Below the pieces are notes generated by a model that worked only from the letters and a program-made list of their open reading frames with translations, searched no databases and had not been told where the DNA came from. Shown in pieces: positions 47,766 through 59,295 of a stretch of 64,000 nt of DNA (position 1 is the stretch's first letter; every line of letters begins with the position of its first letter). The stretch lies in contig CM121341.1 of NCBI GenBank assembly GCA_051530055.1, forward strand, positions 3,941,761 to 4,005,760, read 5' to 3'. Made by a program: the position numbers and the translations under genes. Origin of the DNA: Neoechinorhynchus agilis. Its lineage: Eukaryota > Animalia > Acanthocephala.

Positions 47766-48199
47766 ATGGAGAAATACATTGTAGACGAAAAAGAGCAAAC
47801 TCACATTACAGGTATGATAGTATATTTTCTTAAAATCATTTTGTGTATAGAGCCGTCACCGCCATACCCTGCAGCTGCCGCAGGGCCGGTTCCATCGCAG
47901 TCAAATATTCCACCAAATAACGCAGTGCTGGAATCAATTCCAGTGAACATAACGTGTCCTCATTGTCATCAACAAGTAATCACAAAAGTTGAATACAAAA
48001 CCGGTGTGATCACTTGGGTCGTATGCGCTGCCATTCTAGTCGTCGGGTAAGATTTGTGCGAAATTTCCGACTTTGATTCACTAAAAATAGATTGTGGTGC
48101 GGTTGTTGTCTTGTGCCGTTCATGTCAGATAGTACTAAAGACGCACTTCACCGATGCCCGAATTGCAACAGCTACATAGGACTCCATAAAAAACTTTGA
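47766..48199 (+). CDS. LITAF: LITAF/SIMPLE-domain protein; exons 47766-47811, 47851-48046, 48091-48199
   Basis: PPPY-type motif (PSPPYP), PVNITCPHCHQQVITKVEYKTG, hydrophobic segment, GCCLVPF, HRCPNCNSYIG; introns of 39 and 44 nt. Confidence 0.92.
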
Positions 48200-48494
48200 T
48201 GGACTTTCGACGGTTATATCTGCTTGCAACGAAAAAGCATTACTTAAGACTTAATAATTGGGTCTTTTAAAGAACAAAAGTTCAACTTATACGATAAAAA
48301 ATGTCTTTTATCCGATCGTAACCATTATCGCATTAAATGAAAATTTCAACTCTTAAGAAATAGTCTTTTTCGATGAATATAAAAATTCTAAGAATCTAAG
48401 TGAACATACTCCAGGTCATAACTTATTTGATTTATTTGAAATATTTCCAAGGATATAATATCGCGGCGCATTACCGATCTGAATACCCTATGTC

Positions 48495-49056
48495 ACAGGC
48501 TGTTAGTCCGTTGATACAGAGGACGGTTTCATATGTGCGAAACGTCGAAGGGCTGCTAGAAATCCTACAAACAATACATAGGGATCTCACAAATTGTCGT
48601 GTGATGTCCTTTGACTTTGAATCGCTCTATACGAACGTGGACAATAACGCAGCAGTAAGAGCGCTGGAGAAGATGTTGCACAAGTTCAAAGACGAGGTCA
48701 ATCTCTTTGGGATGCAGCCGGCCGATGTGATTCATCTCACACGGATAGTGATAGAGTGCAACCTCTTTCAATGCGGGAACCGCTACTATCGGCAAATTCA
48801 CGGATTGTCCATGGGTAATAGTGTAGCTCGTGTCCTAGTTGTCATTTTCCTGCGTCGAGTCAGATTTACCTCCGCTATGTGGATGATGTTCTGTTCACCT
48901 ACACGGAGGATGATCAAGTGAACGACGTTTAGCGTCGGTTGAACTCGATGGATGCAACACGACGAATAAAAGTAACTAAAGGCAATCCGTCAAATTACCT
49001 TCCTTTCTTGAACTTGCTGTTTAATGTCAACGATCTAAGGGAATTCATTTGTATCG
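48495..49056 (+). mobile_element. Penelope-like family 1 RT portion (left half of a copy split by a family 3 insertion)
   Basis: Near-identical to 39410-40005; continues at 50161. Confidence 0.88.
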
Positions 49057-50160
49057 TTTTTTATTTTCGATAGGAGAATTTCGATCCACTTTCTGGGATC
49101 TTCTTCTGCGATCTAAAACACATATACACAGGGATTCTCAATTCACACGTCACATAACATTCGGTGGGAGTCGAGTCCTTAATTTGAAATCAGGTTTATT
49201 GCCCTCGAACGTTTCGAACCTATTTATATATAAGGATTCGATGATAATACGTTCGAAACGCCGACCATTGCGAACTAGTGTTGTAGTGGCACTAAAATCA
49301 ACAGTGTGCCCGGTGTTTTTTGCATGGGCCACCACTGCGGAACTGGTATCCGTGTTGCGAACAACTGATGATTCGTGCTCCTTCATCCGTCGGGTGAAAT
49401 TGTTGGTCTGCCCCACATAGACCTGTTCGCAACCGGAGCACGGAATTTTGTATACCGCACCAGATGACTGTTGGCCATTCTTGGGACATATCAATCAGTG
49501 TAGAGTGCGTCCCCTCTTTGTGTAAACATTTACTCTCTTGGCCTCACATCCTGATTTTATGATGCGCTCCATAGCAAGATACGAATGATCATCAGGGAAT
49601 GGCAGTTCAACGTAGATCTCTTCCTTTTTAGACTTTGTCTCCCCATTGAAGGTTCGACAAGATGGAGAGGATAACCATATCGACCAGATATGTACTTTAG
49701 GTAACCAATCTCCTCGTTACACAACTTGGCGTTGCTACAATGTGTAAGAGCACGGCGTATGAGTGACCTAATCCTCGAAATTTTGTATTTGCGAGGTTGG
49801 GCAGATGTCCATGGCACAAGGCCCACTGGTATACCTCTCTTTCGGTACACGCTGGTCGTGGTTTCCACTGGCTAATTGGTATATCCACACATCCAGGAAC
49901 GGAAACTTACCATGGTCCTCCTCCTCGATCGTCCACTGAATATTGTCGTCCCTTCCATTCAGTTCATGTTTAAGGCGATTCATATTAGTCTCTGAAGGGT
50001 CGATCAACAGGAACGTGTCGTCCACATATCTGAACCAGATATTAACTCCCTGTATCGACGGCAAATGTTCGTCCTTCCAGTGCCGCATATACAGCTCAGC
50101 AAGCACAGGGGCTAACGGGCTGCCCATGGCTACTCCATCTTTCTGGTCATAGTCGATGCC
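49057..50160 (-). mobile_element. Penelope-like family 3 element nested antisense in family 1
   Basis: MGSPLAPVLAELYM, RYVDD, RSLIRRALTHCS, GAVYKIPCSGCEQVYVGQT...RRMKEH. The flanks rejoin as the uninterrupted family 1 sequence at about 40000-40025. Confidence 0.9.
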
Positions 50161-50765
50161 CGTGTCGGAAGGCGATAGTTATGCATAGTGATTCCAATCA
50201 CGCCTTGGTCATTAATTAGGCAATTTATGCCCAGATGCATAAGACCGCACGAAGTTGCTCATCATCCGATGCAAAACGTTCAGCAGTTCAGAAGGTCAAT
50301 TATTTATTTGCTGATAATGGGTATTCAAGTAAGGAAATCAAGCAGCTTCAAATGCGTTCAGAAAGGGTGAATCAGCATGGAAGCGATGGTTTTTACCAAG
50401 AATCAGTCCGACGTCAAGCCGATTCTGAAGATACCGTTTGTCAGCGAGCAATTTACGAGCGACGTTAAACGACTGCTGCAAAAGTCGGGACTGGATGTAC
50501 GCTTAGTATACCGAAATGCACCCACCCTGCGCCGAATACTGACGAGGAAAGGGCATCATGAATCGCCCAGTGAATGTCCAAAATCATGCATGGTGTGCAG
50601 CTATTCGCCGGGCACAAGCAGGGATTTAGACGACCCTGTCGAACTCGTAAAACGACGAAGGCTCGGCCAAAATAATGAAAATCTTGTTACGGTCGATTGT
50701 CAGAGTATATAAAAAGAGTGATTTAACCTGCGACTGGGAAACCAAGCAGCAGTTCACGCTATTAT
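50161..50765 (+). mobile_element. Penelope-like family 1, 3' part with internal deletion and terminal repeat
   Basis: Matches 40025-40988 except for a ~430-bp deletion at 50624. Confidence 0.88.
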
Positions 50766-50897
50766 GATTTTATTATGGGTTTTACTTGAAAATAGTAAAT
50801 TATTTCCACGTAAAATCTATCACTATGGCTAATTTAATTTGTAGCTAAGGATGGTCTTAACTAATGACTGAACGAAGCCACTTTCGGTTTCGCACCT

Positions 50898-52790
50898 TCA
50901 TCCGTGCACCGTTTTTTGAACATTGCTGACATCATAGTCGTCATCATAGTCGTATTCATCACTACCTTCGTCGTCATAGTCGTATTCATCACTACGGTCA
51001 TCGTCGTCATAGTTGTATTCGGCACTACCATCATCCTCGTCATAGTTGCATTCGGCACTGCCATCATCGTCGTCGCCGTCGTATTCGACACTACCGTCAT
51101 CGTCATATTCCTCGCTGCCGTCATCGCCGTATTCATCAATACGGTCATCGTCGTCATCCTGTACTTCATTGTCGTCATCATTCCAACCGTCATCTCTGCT
51201 ATCATTATCGCCGTCCTCGTAGCCGTTTTCGCCCTCCTCAGTAGTTCTTTCCTCTGAAGTGTTAGTCTCCGCTGTGAATGTTATTCCCTCGGAAGTAGTA
51301 GTCTCATCTGCGGTTGTTGTTTCAGTAGTGAAAGTCTCCTCTGTGGTTGTGGTCTCCTCCGTATTTGATTCTTCTGTCGTTGTGGTCGCCTCATCACTTG
51401 TTTCCTCTGTGGTTGTTGTTTCTTCTGTAGTCGAGCTCTCTTCTGTTGTTGCTTCTTCAGTAGTGGTGGTCTCCTCTGTTGTTGTTATCACCTCCATAGT
51501 TCTTTCCTCTGTTATTGTTTCTTCTGTTTTTGTTATTTCCCCTGGGCTTGATATTTCCTCTGTTGTAGTAGCCTGCTCTGGGGTTGTTGTTGCTTTTGTA
51601 GTGGTCTCCTCATTGGTGGTCTTTTCAGTGGATGTTTTTTCTGCTGTTGTAGCATCCTTTGTTGTTGTTTCCTCTGTTGTGGTAGCATCCTTTGTTGTTG
51701 TTTCTTCTGTAGTGCGGGTCTCCTCAGTAGATGATCGCTCTGTTGTGGTAGTCGCTTCCGTAGTTGTTTTCTCTGTTGTGGTATCCTGTGTTTTTGCTAT
51801 TTCCTCTGTTGTGGTAGTCTCCTCTGTGGTTGTTTTTTCGGTAGTGGCGGTCTCCTCAGTAGATGTTTCCTCTGTTGTGGTAGTCGCTTCCGTAGTTGTT
51901 TCCTCTGTTGTGGTAGTCGCTTCCGCAGTTGTTTCCTCTGTTGTGGTATCCTGTGTTTTTGCTATTTCCTCTGGGTTTGCTATTTCCTCTGTTGTGGTAG
52001 CTTCGCCTATGGCTGTTTCTTCTGTAGTGCTGGTCTTCTCATTGGTGGGCTCCTCAGTTGGTGTTTCCTCTGAGTTTGCTATTTCCTCCGCTGTGGTAGC
52101 TTCCCCTGTGGTTGTTGTTGCTTCTGTAGTGGTCTCCCCATTGGTGGTCTCTTCAGTGGATGTTTTCTCTGATGTGCTAGTCTCCTCCGTAGTTGTTTCA
52201 TCTGCTGTTGTTTCCTCTGTATTTTCTATTTCCTCTGGGTTTGCTATTTCCTCTGTTGTGGTAGCTTCCTCTATGGTTGTTGTTGCTTTTGTAGTGGTCT
52301 CCTCATTGATGGTCTCTTCAGTGGATGTTTTCTCTGATGTGCTAGTGTCCTCCGTAGTTGTTTCCTGTGTTGTTGTTTCCTGTGTTGTTGTTTCCTCTTT
52401 TGTTGTTTCCTCTGCTGTACTAGTCGCCTCCGTAGTTGTTTCCTCCGTTGTGGCATCCTGTGTTTTTGCTGTTTCCTCTGAGTTCGCTATTTGCTCTGTT
52501 GTGTTGGTCTCTTCTGTGATTGTTTCCTCAGTGATTGTTGTCTCCTCCGTAGTCATTGGTTGGGCTGTTGAAGATTTTCTGCCATTTGGCTGACAAAATG
52601 ATAAAACATATTGATTGCAATAAAGGTCGGAATTATAGTCATCTTGTTTTCCAATATTGTAAGGCTCAAATTTTACTGAAAAGTTGTTCGGAATTTGTGT
52701 GTTGATGTAATCACTTTGTGAAGGTAATCCTGCAACGAGGTGAATCATGGTAGCAATTAGGGCAATTGTTATTAGTCGAATGATATCCAT
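50898..52790 (-). CDS. secreted Thr/Glu-rich mucin-like protein, copy C (630 aa, intronless)
   Basis: Intact ORF with signal peptide, TTEET repeats and Asp/Tyr tail; AATAAA at 50769-50774 (minus strand). Confidence 0.85.
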   Translation of the reverse strand: MDIIRLITIALIATMIHLVAGLPSQSDYINTQIPNNFSVKFEPYNIGKQDDYNSDLYCNQYVLSFCQPNGRKSSTAQPMTTEETTITEETITEETNTTEQIANSEETAKTQDATTEETTTEATSTAEETTKEETTTQETTTQETTTEDTSTSEKTSTEETINEETTTKATTTIEEATTTEEIANPEEIENTEETTADETTTEETSTSEKTSTEETTNGETTTEATTTTGEATTAEEIANSEETPTEEPTNEKTSTTEETAIGEATTTEEIANPEEIAKTQDTTTEETTAEATTTTEETTTEATTTTEETSTEETATTEKTTTEETTTTEEIAKTQDTTTEKTTTEATTTTERSSTEETRTTEETTTKDATTTEETTTKDATTAEKTSTEKTTNEETTTKATTTPEQATTTEEISSPGEITKTEETITEERTMEVITTTEETTTTEEATTEESSTTEETTTTEETSDEATTTTEESNTEETTTTEETFTTETTTADETTTSEGITFTAETNTSEERTTEEGENGYEDGDNDSRDDGWNDDDNEVQDDDDDRIDEYGDDGSEEYDDDGSVEYDGDDDDGSAECNYDEDDGSAEYNYDDDDRSDEYDYDDEGSDEYDYDDDYDVSNVQKTVHG

Positions 52791-53159
52791 CGTTTTTGTG
52801 GTGATTCGTGTTCAATACATTCCATAGAGACTTTCGTGAGGCTTTATCTTTCCTGTGTGTGTCACAAACTCCGCTTCATATGTTGATCGTTGTTGTCGCA
52901 TTGATCGAAAGGGAGATATACTCAGTTTACTTTATTGCGTCTAGGTTTGTTTTTATTGACAAACATTTGTGTTTGTTTATTATACTAATACAAACACTTG
53001 ACGATTATATTTTTGTTTTTAATAGCTTTGAATATTTATGTGCTTTTATTCTTTTAACGAAATTTTATGAGTAATGTTGAGGTCCGGAAGATTTTTTAGC
53101 GAAAATTTCTCAAGTAACACACTCTCAATTCTAAATCTTGACAAGCGGCCCGCCATTCA

Positions 53160-54600
53160 TCATGCCGATCTCGTTTTCAGATTCCGGCCTGTTTGTCCGA
53201 TGTAATTGCTGTTGCATTGGCTACAAGCAACTTTGTGGACAACAGCTCTCTTTTCCACCTCCTGGTATTTCCGGGAAATAGGGTTTCCTATCAGCACTGA
53301 AGGTTGAAAATAAAATTGGCATTTTATCGGCAGACCGCTGTTCTTTACAATCCTTGAAATTTTGTTGCGCGAACGGTTGGTTTGTGGGCCTGTGTCTGGC
53401 ACTCCAATGCGCGGGTCCATTTGATTCGGGCCCTTGGATGTTTCTTTTGACTGGGTATTGCTCGCACGGTCCACTTGCTCTCGCGCTGAACTAAGAACAT
53501 ATTTGGGATACCCAACGTTCTCAAAATTCGTTTCAGCTGTTGGATTTCATCACTGAGGCACTCCTCACTGCAGATGTTGTAGGCACGATGTAGAAGGCCT
53601 TTGAATATACCAACTTTTGTTTTTTGAATCAACTCATCTAGAAACGGAAACCTTCCATTTTCATCGGACCTATTCATAGTGAATTTTATTCGATTATGAT
53701 GGCGGCTGAGATGTTCCACGTCCCCGGGCCAAATCACGAATATATTATCTACATATCTTTTGTGGAAGACTGGTTTGATCGCATACGTTTCCATTTCGCT
53801 TTTTCCAATTGATCCATGAAAAGATTGGCCAGAACTAGAGCAATAGGTGAGCCCATGGCCCTACTTTTGAACATAATACTTTCCATCAAACTCGAAACTT
53901 GCCGCGCAAGCCAACTCAAGCAGATTCTTTAGGTGTGTTTTGGGATCGATTCCCCGAAGAACCGGAAGGTGTGTGGTCGCCGCATTTATGGCATCCTCGA
54001 CGCAGACATTGGTATAATGGAGGGATACCACATCCATTGTGAAAATTGTACATTTTTCCGGAATGTTGGTCCCCCTCAGTTTCTCGACGAAATCTCTCGA
54101 ATTCTTCACATTGACAGCTACTTGTGATGTTACCTCTGTCAAGCACATAACCAGGAACTTTCCCAAAGCGTAACTGAAACTGGCATTCATTGATACGATT
54201 GGTCTCAGGGCACATTCTTTTTTGCTTTCTTATGGCAGACCATACAACATCGGAATAGGACAGTAGCACTTCGTTCACATATCTCCGCATGTACGGCCTC
54301 CATTTTCGGATTGTAATCCCCCTTTTCCAGAGCTATCATTAAATTTCCCTTGTCCGATCATAGGAAAGCAAACTGATTACCTGCGACGTCTCCAAAATTT
54401 CCTAAAAAGTCGAGATTCGTCGCTAAGTTTAATGACGCCCTTTTGTCCTTTCTCTTCTTTGTGAGAACATAGTGAACAATACAATCTAACATAAGCGCGT
54501 GTGGGAGCAGAATAACTATTTCAAAACTTTCTTTTTAGAGCTGATGATGTACAAGACGAGGCTCCTCGACTTTTAAGAAGATGATATTCATCAAATTAAT
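53160..54600 (-). mobile_element. duplicate of the Penelope-like family 2 element (3' end deleted)
   Basis: Collinear with 25935-27460, with deletions. Confidence 0.88.
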
Positions 54601-54739
54601 AGATATTTGAGTTGAAAAACCCAACACGACAGATCAAATAAATAATTTTTGAATTCATCAGACGTACATCATTAAGCCTTTCATTACTAATTACCTAGTT
54701 ATAAATAATCATTGATTCCAAACATCCCAATGACGGCGG

Positions 54740-56025
54740 GTCGCCTGGTATTTCACCTGCCCAAAACGATTGCTTAAAGCTGCTTGTTCCTTGCAGTCTT
54801 TGGAGTCGGTGAAGCGGCGAAAATATGGCACCATCGGAACAAGCACCGCGGGATTTTTAACCAAGGTTGGAAAATCACGCAAGGTCAAAGGATCCCAAAG
54901 CAGCCAACTATTTTTTATAAGATATTCCTATGCTCTAATCCTTACCTCGAAATTAGTAATCTTCTAGGATGCTGCATTAATTGTTCTAATGTTGAAGCTG
55001 AGATTGTAGATTTTTAGTCGCAACTTTCGGTGCTGCGCGAACGAGTTGATGAATTGCCTTCACTTGAGGTTCTTTTCCTGATCACGAACACATTCTTTAT
55101 TCCAAAAATACTGTATAAGCTTTGCACAGCATATTTTTTTAGACACAAGAATAAGCTGGTAAAATTAGACGAGACGGTGAAAGCCTCTTTCGACAAAATT
55201 TTAAATACTCAGCTGCCCGACGAGGCCTGGAGTCAAGCGTTTTTAATGTGTCGTGTGGCGGTTTGGGTATCCGAAAAGTAGTCGATATTTCTCTGTCAGC
55301 TTACTTGGCACAGTATGAAGCAAGCCGCAAAATAGTTAAGCCTTTTCTTGGCGAGAATTACACTTTGGATGACGATATCGTGCAGGCGTTTAATCTCTGG
55401 TGTAGGGATTCAAGCAGCCAGCAGATACCCGTCATTGCTTGCACACAACCAGTTTAGGATTCGTTCCCGGGGTAGCGAGAATTCATAACTCTTTAATTTC
55501 AGATTCTCGTGACCTGGTGAACCGAACACGATTGACGGCAGTCTCTTGAAGAGAATCCGGTGCTTGGCTCAACGCTATCTCATCCTGCTTTCCAACGAGT
55601 ATCCCATCGCTGCCGTTGTGGAGCGACCGTGGAACATCAGGCGGAAAATACTCACGACATGCCGAAATGAACGCAATTCTTAGTCGTGCTGAATACTGTG
55701 AATACGCTTAACATCCTAGAGCCGAGCAATCTTTGCCAACTCGATGGCCAGCAAAATAAAATTGGCCGCTTTTAAGAAAAGGGGGGCAATAGCCGCTGCT
55801 GAGGACCGCAGAAAGACCAAATACAAGGACTTTGTTGAGAATCATCATTTCTTTGGTGTCGAGGCACTCGGGTCGTTTTGTACCGCGGTGCAGGATCTGC
55901 TAAAGACGAATCACTATCCATCCGAGATCAGGAGCATTCCTCCTGCAAAAAATAAGTCTAACTCCGCAACGGAAGGGAAATGCAGCATCCGTCTTTTCGA
56001 CCGTTACACCATGACGGCAGCTTAG
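54740..56025 (+). mobile_element. duplicate of the decayed CRE-like element at 27600-28893
   Basis: Near-identical ORF fragments (MLRERVDELPSLEV..., MASKIKLAA...). Confidence 0.8.
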
Positions 56026-56249
56026 TGATCCTGAGCGGAGGTGTGAATATTCGTTGATGCCTGTTAAGGTGGATTAAATTAAATGCGAATATTTCAGTGA
56101 TCCAGAGCGCCGAAGATTATTTTCGCTGCAAATTTCTTTATTCCATTTAAAATCATTTAATCTATACCGAGTACGTAAACATGAGACTCATTAAAGGAAT
56201 TATGTTATTTTGAAGCATAATTTCCCAAAAAATTGCGATGGAATTATAT

Positions 56250-57690
56250 AATAAATATAGTCGTACTGTTGTTTATTGATCATCTACCTCTAAAGCTGTT
56301 GGTACAGCAATCGGAATTTGTGTTACCAGTAATAACACGTGAATATCTTTTTGAGCTCCGTATACTGAAGCATATCTAATTGATAGCAAAGAGCTCGGTA
56401 TAGAATATTTATATGGACTTGATGTTTTATGAATTAATGATAACGAACCAATAACAGGAGCTAGGGATTCAACTCTGGTCGCGCAGATCTCACGTTTCTT
56501 GGAGTACTTGTACCCCTTTGCTGTCCAGGAGGCTTCGATGGTGTTATCACTATGAACAATCATGACAGCCAGGGATGTTAAAATGAACAGTTTTCGACGC
56601 TTGCGATTTTCATGTGATATAGATGCGACTTAGGATATACGTTTGCTTAGGCCGGCTTTCGATCTCGTTACTACCACTATCAATGATGACGAATTTTTAT
56701 CTGATAGAGCAACCCGAAGGGAGATCTTATGGATGTGTGAGTCTTTGAACTCCCAATTGGAATTTCGGATCGTCTTTTGAGGGTGTATACCAATACTTAT
56801 GGTGTTTCCAATTATAGGTCGTGGGATTTTGTAGAATTGTTGTCGGATGTCATACCTGATCATCTTTTTAAATCTATCCTGGCATACATATCCTTCTGGA
56901 ACTTGTCCTGCACGCCAATACACCTCTATTCGTTTCTACGGCCCTCGTCTCTTAGCAATTTAGTATGGCACATAGAGTGTCCGAACTGGAACCTGATCTC
57001 TATTCGACACGAAGAGTTTGATATTCGTTGCATGTTAGTGGAGCTCTATGAGAACGCCGATGTTGATTTGTCTGAATAAGAAAATATAGTGAGCGAAAGC
57101 ACGGCTTCTGAAAACTGAATTTTTCTCCATGTTATCTCTGACTGTAGACGAATGCTTTGCGCTAGGAAAACTTCGAACTGAATGGTCCGAAAGAGAGGCT
57201 GATTCATCGATCAGATATAATCCAGAACCTACAGTCAAATCTAGTCGAGTAGCAACCCTTTTTCCCGGGTCATTGGACTGAGCTAGATCTTGGGCACTCG
57301 TAAGTCGTATGGATGTTGTCTTGGATATAATATATGACAATCTATCTCAAATTCCAACCTTCGATGGTACAGTGGCTTGGATGCGAAGGGTTTCTGCGCT
57401 GGCTAAGGCCAACGTTAATCGTTCGTTAGGTCATTTTCCTTCGCTCACTCTTGATGAAATTGTCGCGTCTCCAAAAAAATGGCTCGGGTAATTGAAAAGT
57501 AGCTTAGGCGTTGGAACATCCATAGCTTTGGAAAGGTTGAACTTACTACAGGCCACCAATCTTATAAAGGAGTTGTACTCTTCACTGAATCGGCAATCCA
57601 ATTTTGATATATTTGCCAAGACCTAGTCTACTTGGGGGGCAGCAAATACTGGTCCTTATTCTACTAAAACTCACGAAAATATCTGAGGAG
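56250..57690 (+). pseudogene. decayed intronless coding relic (~480 codons) of unknown origin, candidate endogenous viral element
   Basis: Protein-like plus-strand segments joined by frameshifts (LVAQISRFLEYLYPFAVQEASMVL; DDEFLSDRATRREILWMCESL; YRSWDFVELLSDVIPDHLFK; MDVVLDIIYDNLSQIPTFDG). No splice signals needed; no domain recognised. Confidence 0.4.
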
Positions 57691-57744
57691 GAATTGAAAC
57701 ATTGGGACGGATGGTACCAATGCAGACGGAGGGTGCCAATACCG

Positions 57745-57908
57745 ACAGTGGCACCAATGTGGATTGGACGAAGACTGACGGCGGTTCTGGGTTCAATGAG
57801 CGTGACGATTGAGGTTAGCAGGTGAGACGTAGCATTTAATGGCTTCGTCACGCTCATTGAACCCAGAACCGCCGTCAGTCTTCGTCCAATCCACATTGGT
57901 GCCACTGT
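57745..57908. repeat. perfect 64-bp inverted repeat with a 36-nt spacer, inside a larger imperfect palindrome (about 57686-57950)
   Basis: 57745-57808 is the exact reverse complement of 57845-57908. Confidence 0.95.
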
Positions 57909-58527
57909 TGCTATTAATTGGTGCCGTCCATCCCAATGTTCCGATTCCTTATAATTCCTGTTGCCGTCCTCGTCCGCAGCCTACTCTTGTGATAAGAAAC
58001 CGCCTTTAAACGTTTTATGGAAGTGCCATTAAAATTTATACAGTTTTCCCCCGAATGCCTTAATAAAGCCCTTTAAAGTATAAATTAAATATAAGAAATG
58101 AAACACACCACGATTACCCGTCGACTGTTATTTGGATCGACTTTTTCTCACTATAATTTTAATTAGCTTCGATTCTAAAAAAATCTGTTAAATTATTGCT
58201 CATGCCGTGAATTGGCAACATTCGAGATTTAAGGACGAGATATAATCAATTTTTTTATCAGATTGAACAAATTGCGATTTGTATACGTGGGAGTATTGTA
58301 AATTGAAGTTAATTAAGGAAATTGCTTTGGGAGATATGATCGTTCCACAAATTAAAAATAAGCAGGATGGGAAGGATTCACTGTGAAATCAGCATGATTG
58401 TCTTTTAAGGTAAGCAATCAGAAGTATATAATCTTTAGGAAAATTTCGGAGTCTTATTTGTGAGAAATCTGACTACAACTTCTATACATCACTTATATTA
58501 AACCAAGAAAATCCAGAATATTTTTAA

Positions 58528-59295
58528 ATGAAGCTTACTTTTATCATTGTACTCTCAATGGTAATCGGATCAAAATCGATTCCAATCACTAACTTAAAGA
58601 GCACCAAAAGAAATGACGCCAATATCGTTTTAAACAATAAATCAATATATAAAATTTCAGATCCAACGAATGAATGGATTGCAGAAAACGAAACAACGTT
58701 TGTAAATAAGGATTTTGTCGACAACTGGAATCAGGTGGCGCTTACTACGGATTCAAATCAAATTGATACATCGATTGATTCGTCGAACTCTCAATGGTCT
58801 AAGAGCAACATTTCATTTACAGATTTAACGCTTTTATTTCCGGACGAATTTAGTCCTGGAACTAATTATTCAGACTACAAATTATCCTTTGTTGATTTAA
58901 CGGGTTTTAATGATGCTGATCTTTCCAATTATATTATCATAAATTCTGCAACGAAGGACGACGACGAACAAGAGCCTGATCAAATTAAATTCGATCAAAC
59001 TGAAATGTTTAAAGAGTTTTTAAATTTTACAGACACTGATGGAAATGTTTATTTTGTGGATTTGGAAAACATCAATGAGACAGATAATTCGTTAAAGCAA
59101 TTTTCAACTAAATCAAATGGCACGAGTTCGATAGATGAAAAATCAATCTACTATTTTCTAGTTTCCATTATTGCAATGGTTGGAGTCATTTTACTGTTTT
59201 CACTTTGCAGTTCAATCATGATTGTCTTGTCTGCTTGTGTATGGTGGCGGATTATTTCGAGACAGAAAGTGCCACCGTCTAAAATATCTCGATGA
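58528..59295 (+). CDS. orphan single-pass type I membrane glycoprotein, 255 aa, intronless
   Basis: Signal peptide MKLTFIIVLSMVIG, about 7 N-x-S/T sequons, acidic ectodomain, TM FLVSIIAMVGVILLFSLCSSIMIVLSACVWW, short basic tail; AATAAA just after the stop. Confidence 0.75.
   Translation: MKLTFIIVLSMVIGSKSIPITNLKSTKRNDANIVLNNKSIYKISDPTNEWIAENETTFVNKDFVDNWNQVALTTDSNQIDTSIDSSNSQWSKSNISFTDLTLLFPDEFSPGTNYSDYKLSFVDLTGFNDADLSNYIIINSATKDDDEQEPDQIKFDQTEMFKEFLNFTDTDGNVYFVDLENINETDNSLKQFSTKSNGTSSIDEKSIYYFLVSIIAMVGVILLFSLCSSIMIVLSACVWWRIISRQKVPPSKISR

Noticed and set aside
56270-57620. Four minus-strand ORFs in one frame, and an apparent excess of TGA stops on the plus strand (alternative genetic code or ambigrammatic virus idea)
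   Set aside because: The minus frame is mostly the offset antisense frame that is naturally stop-poor. Three of the TGAs disappear when the first segment is read in another open frame, and many Trp codons are TGG.
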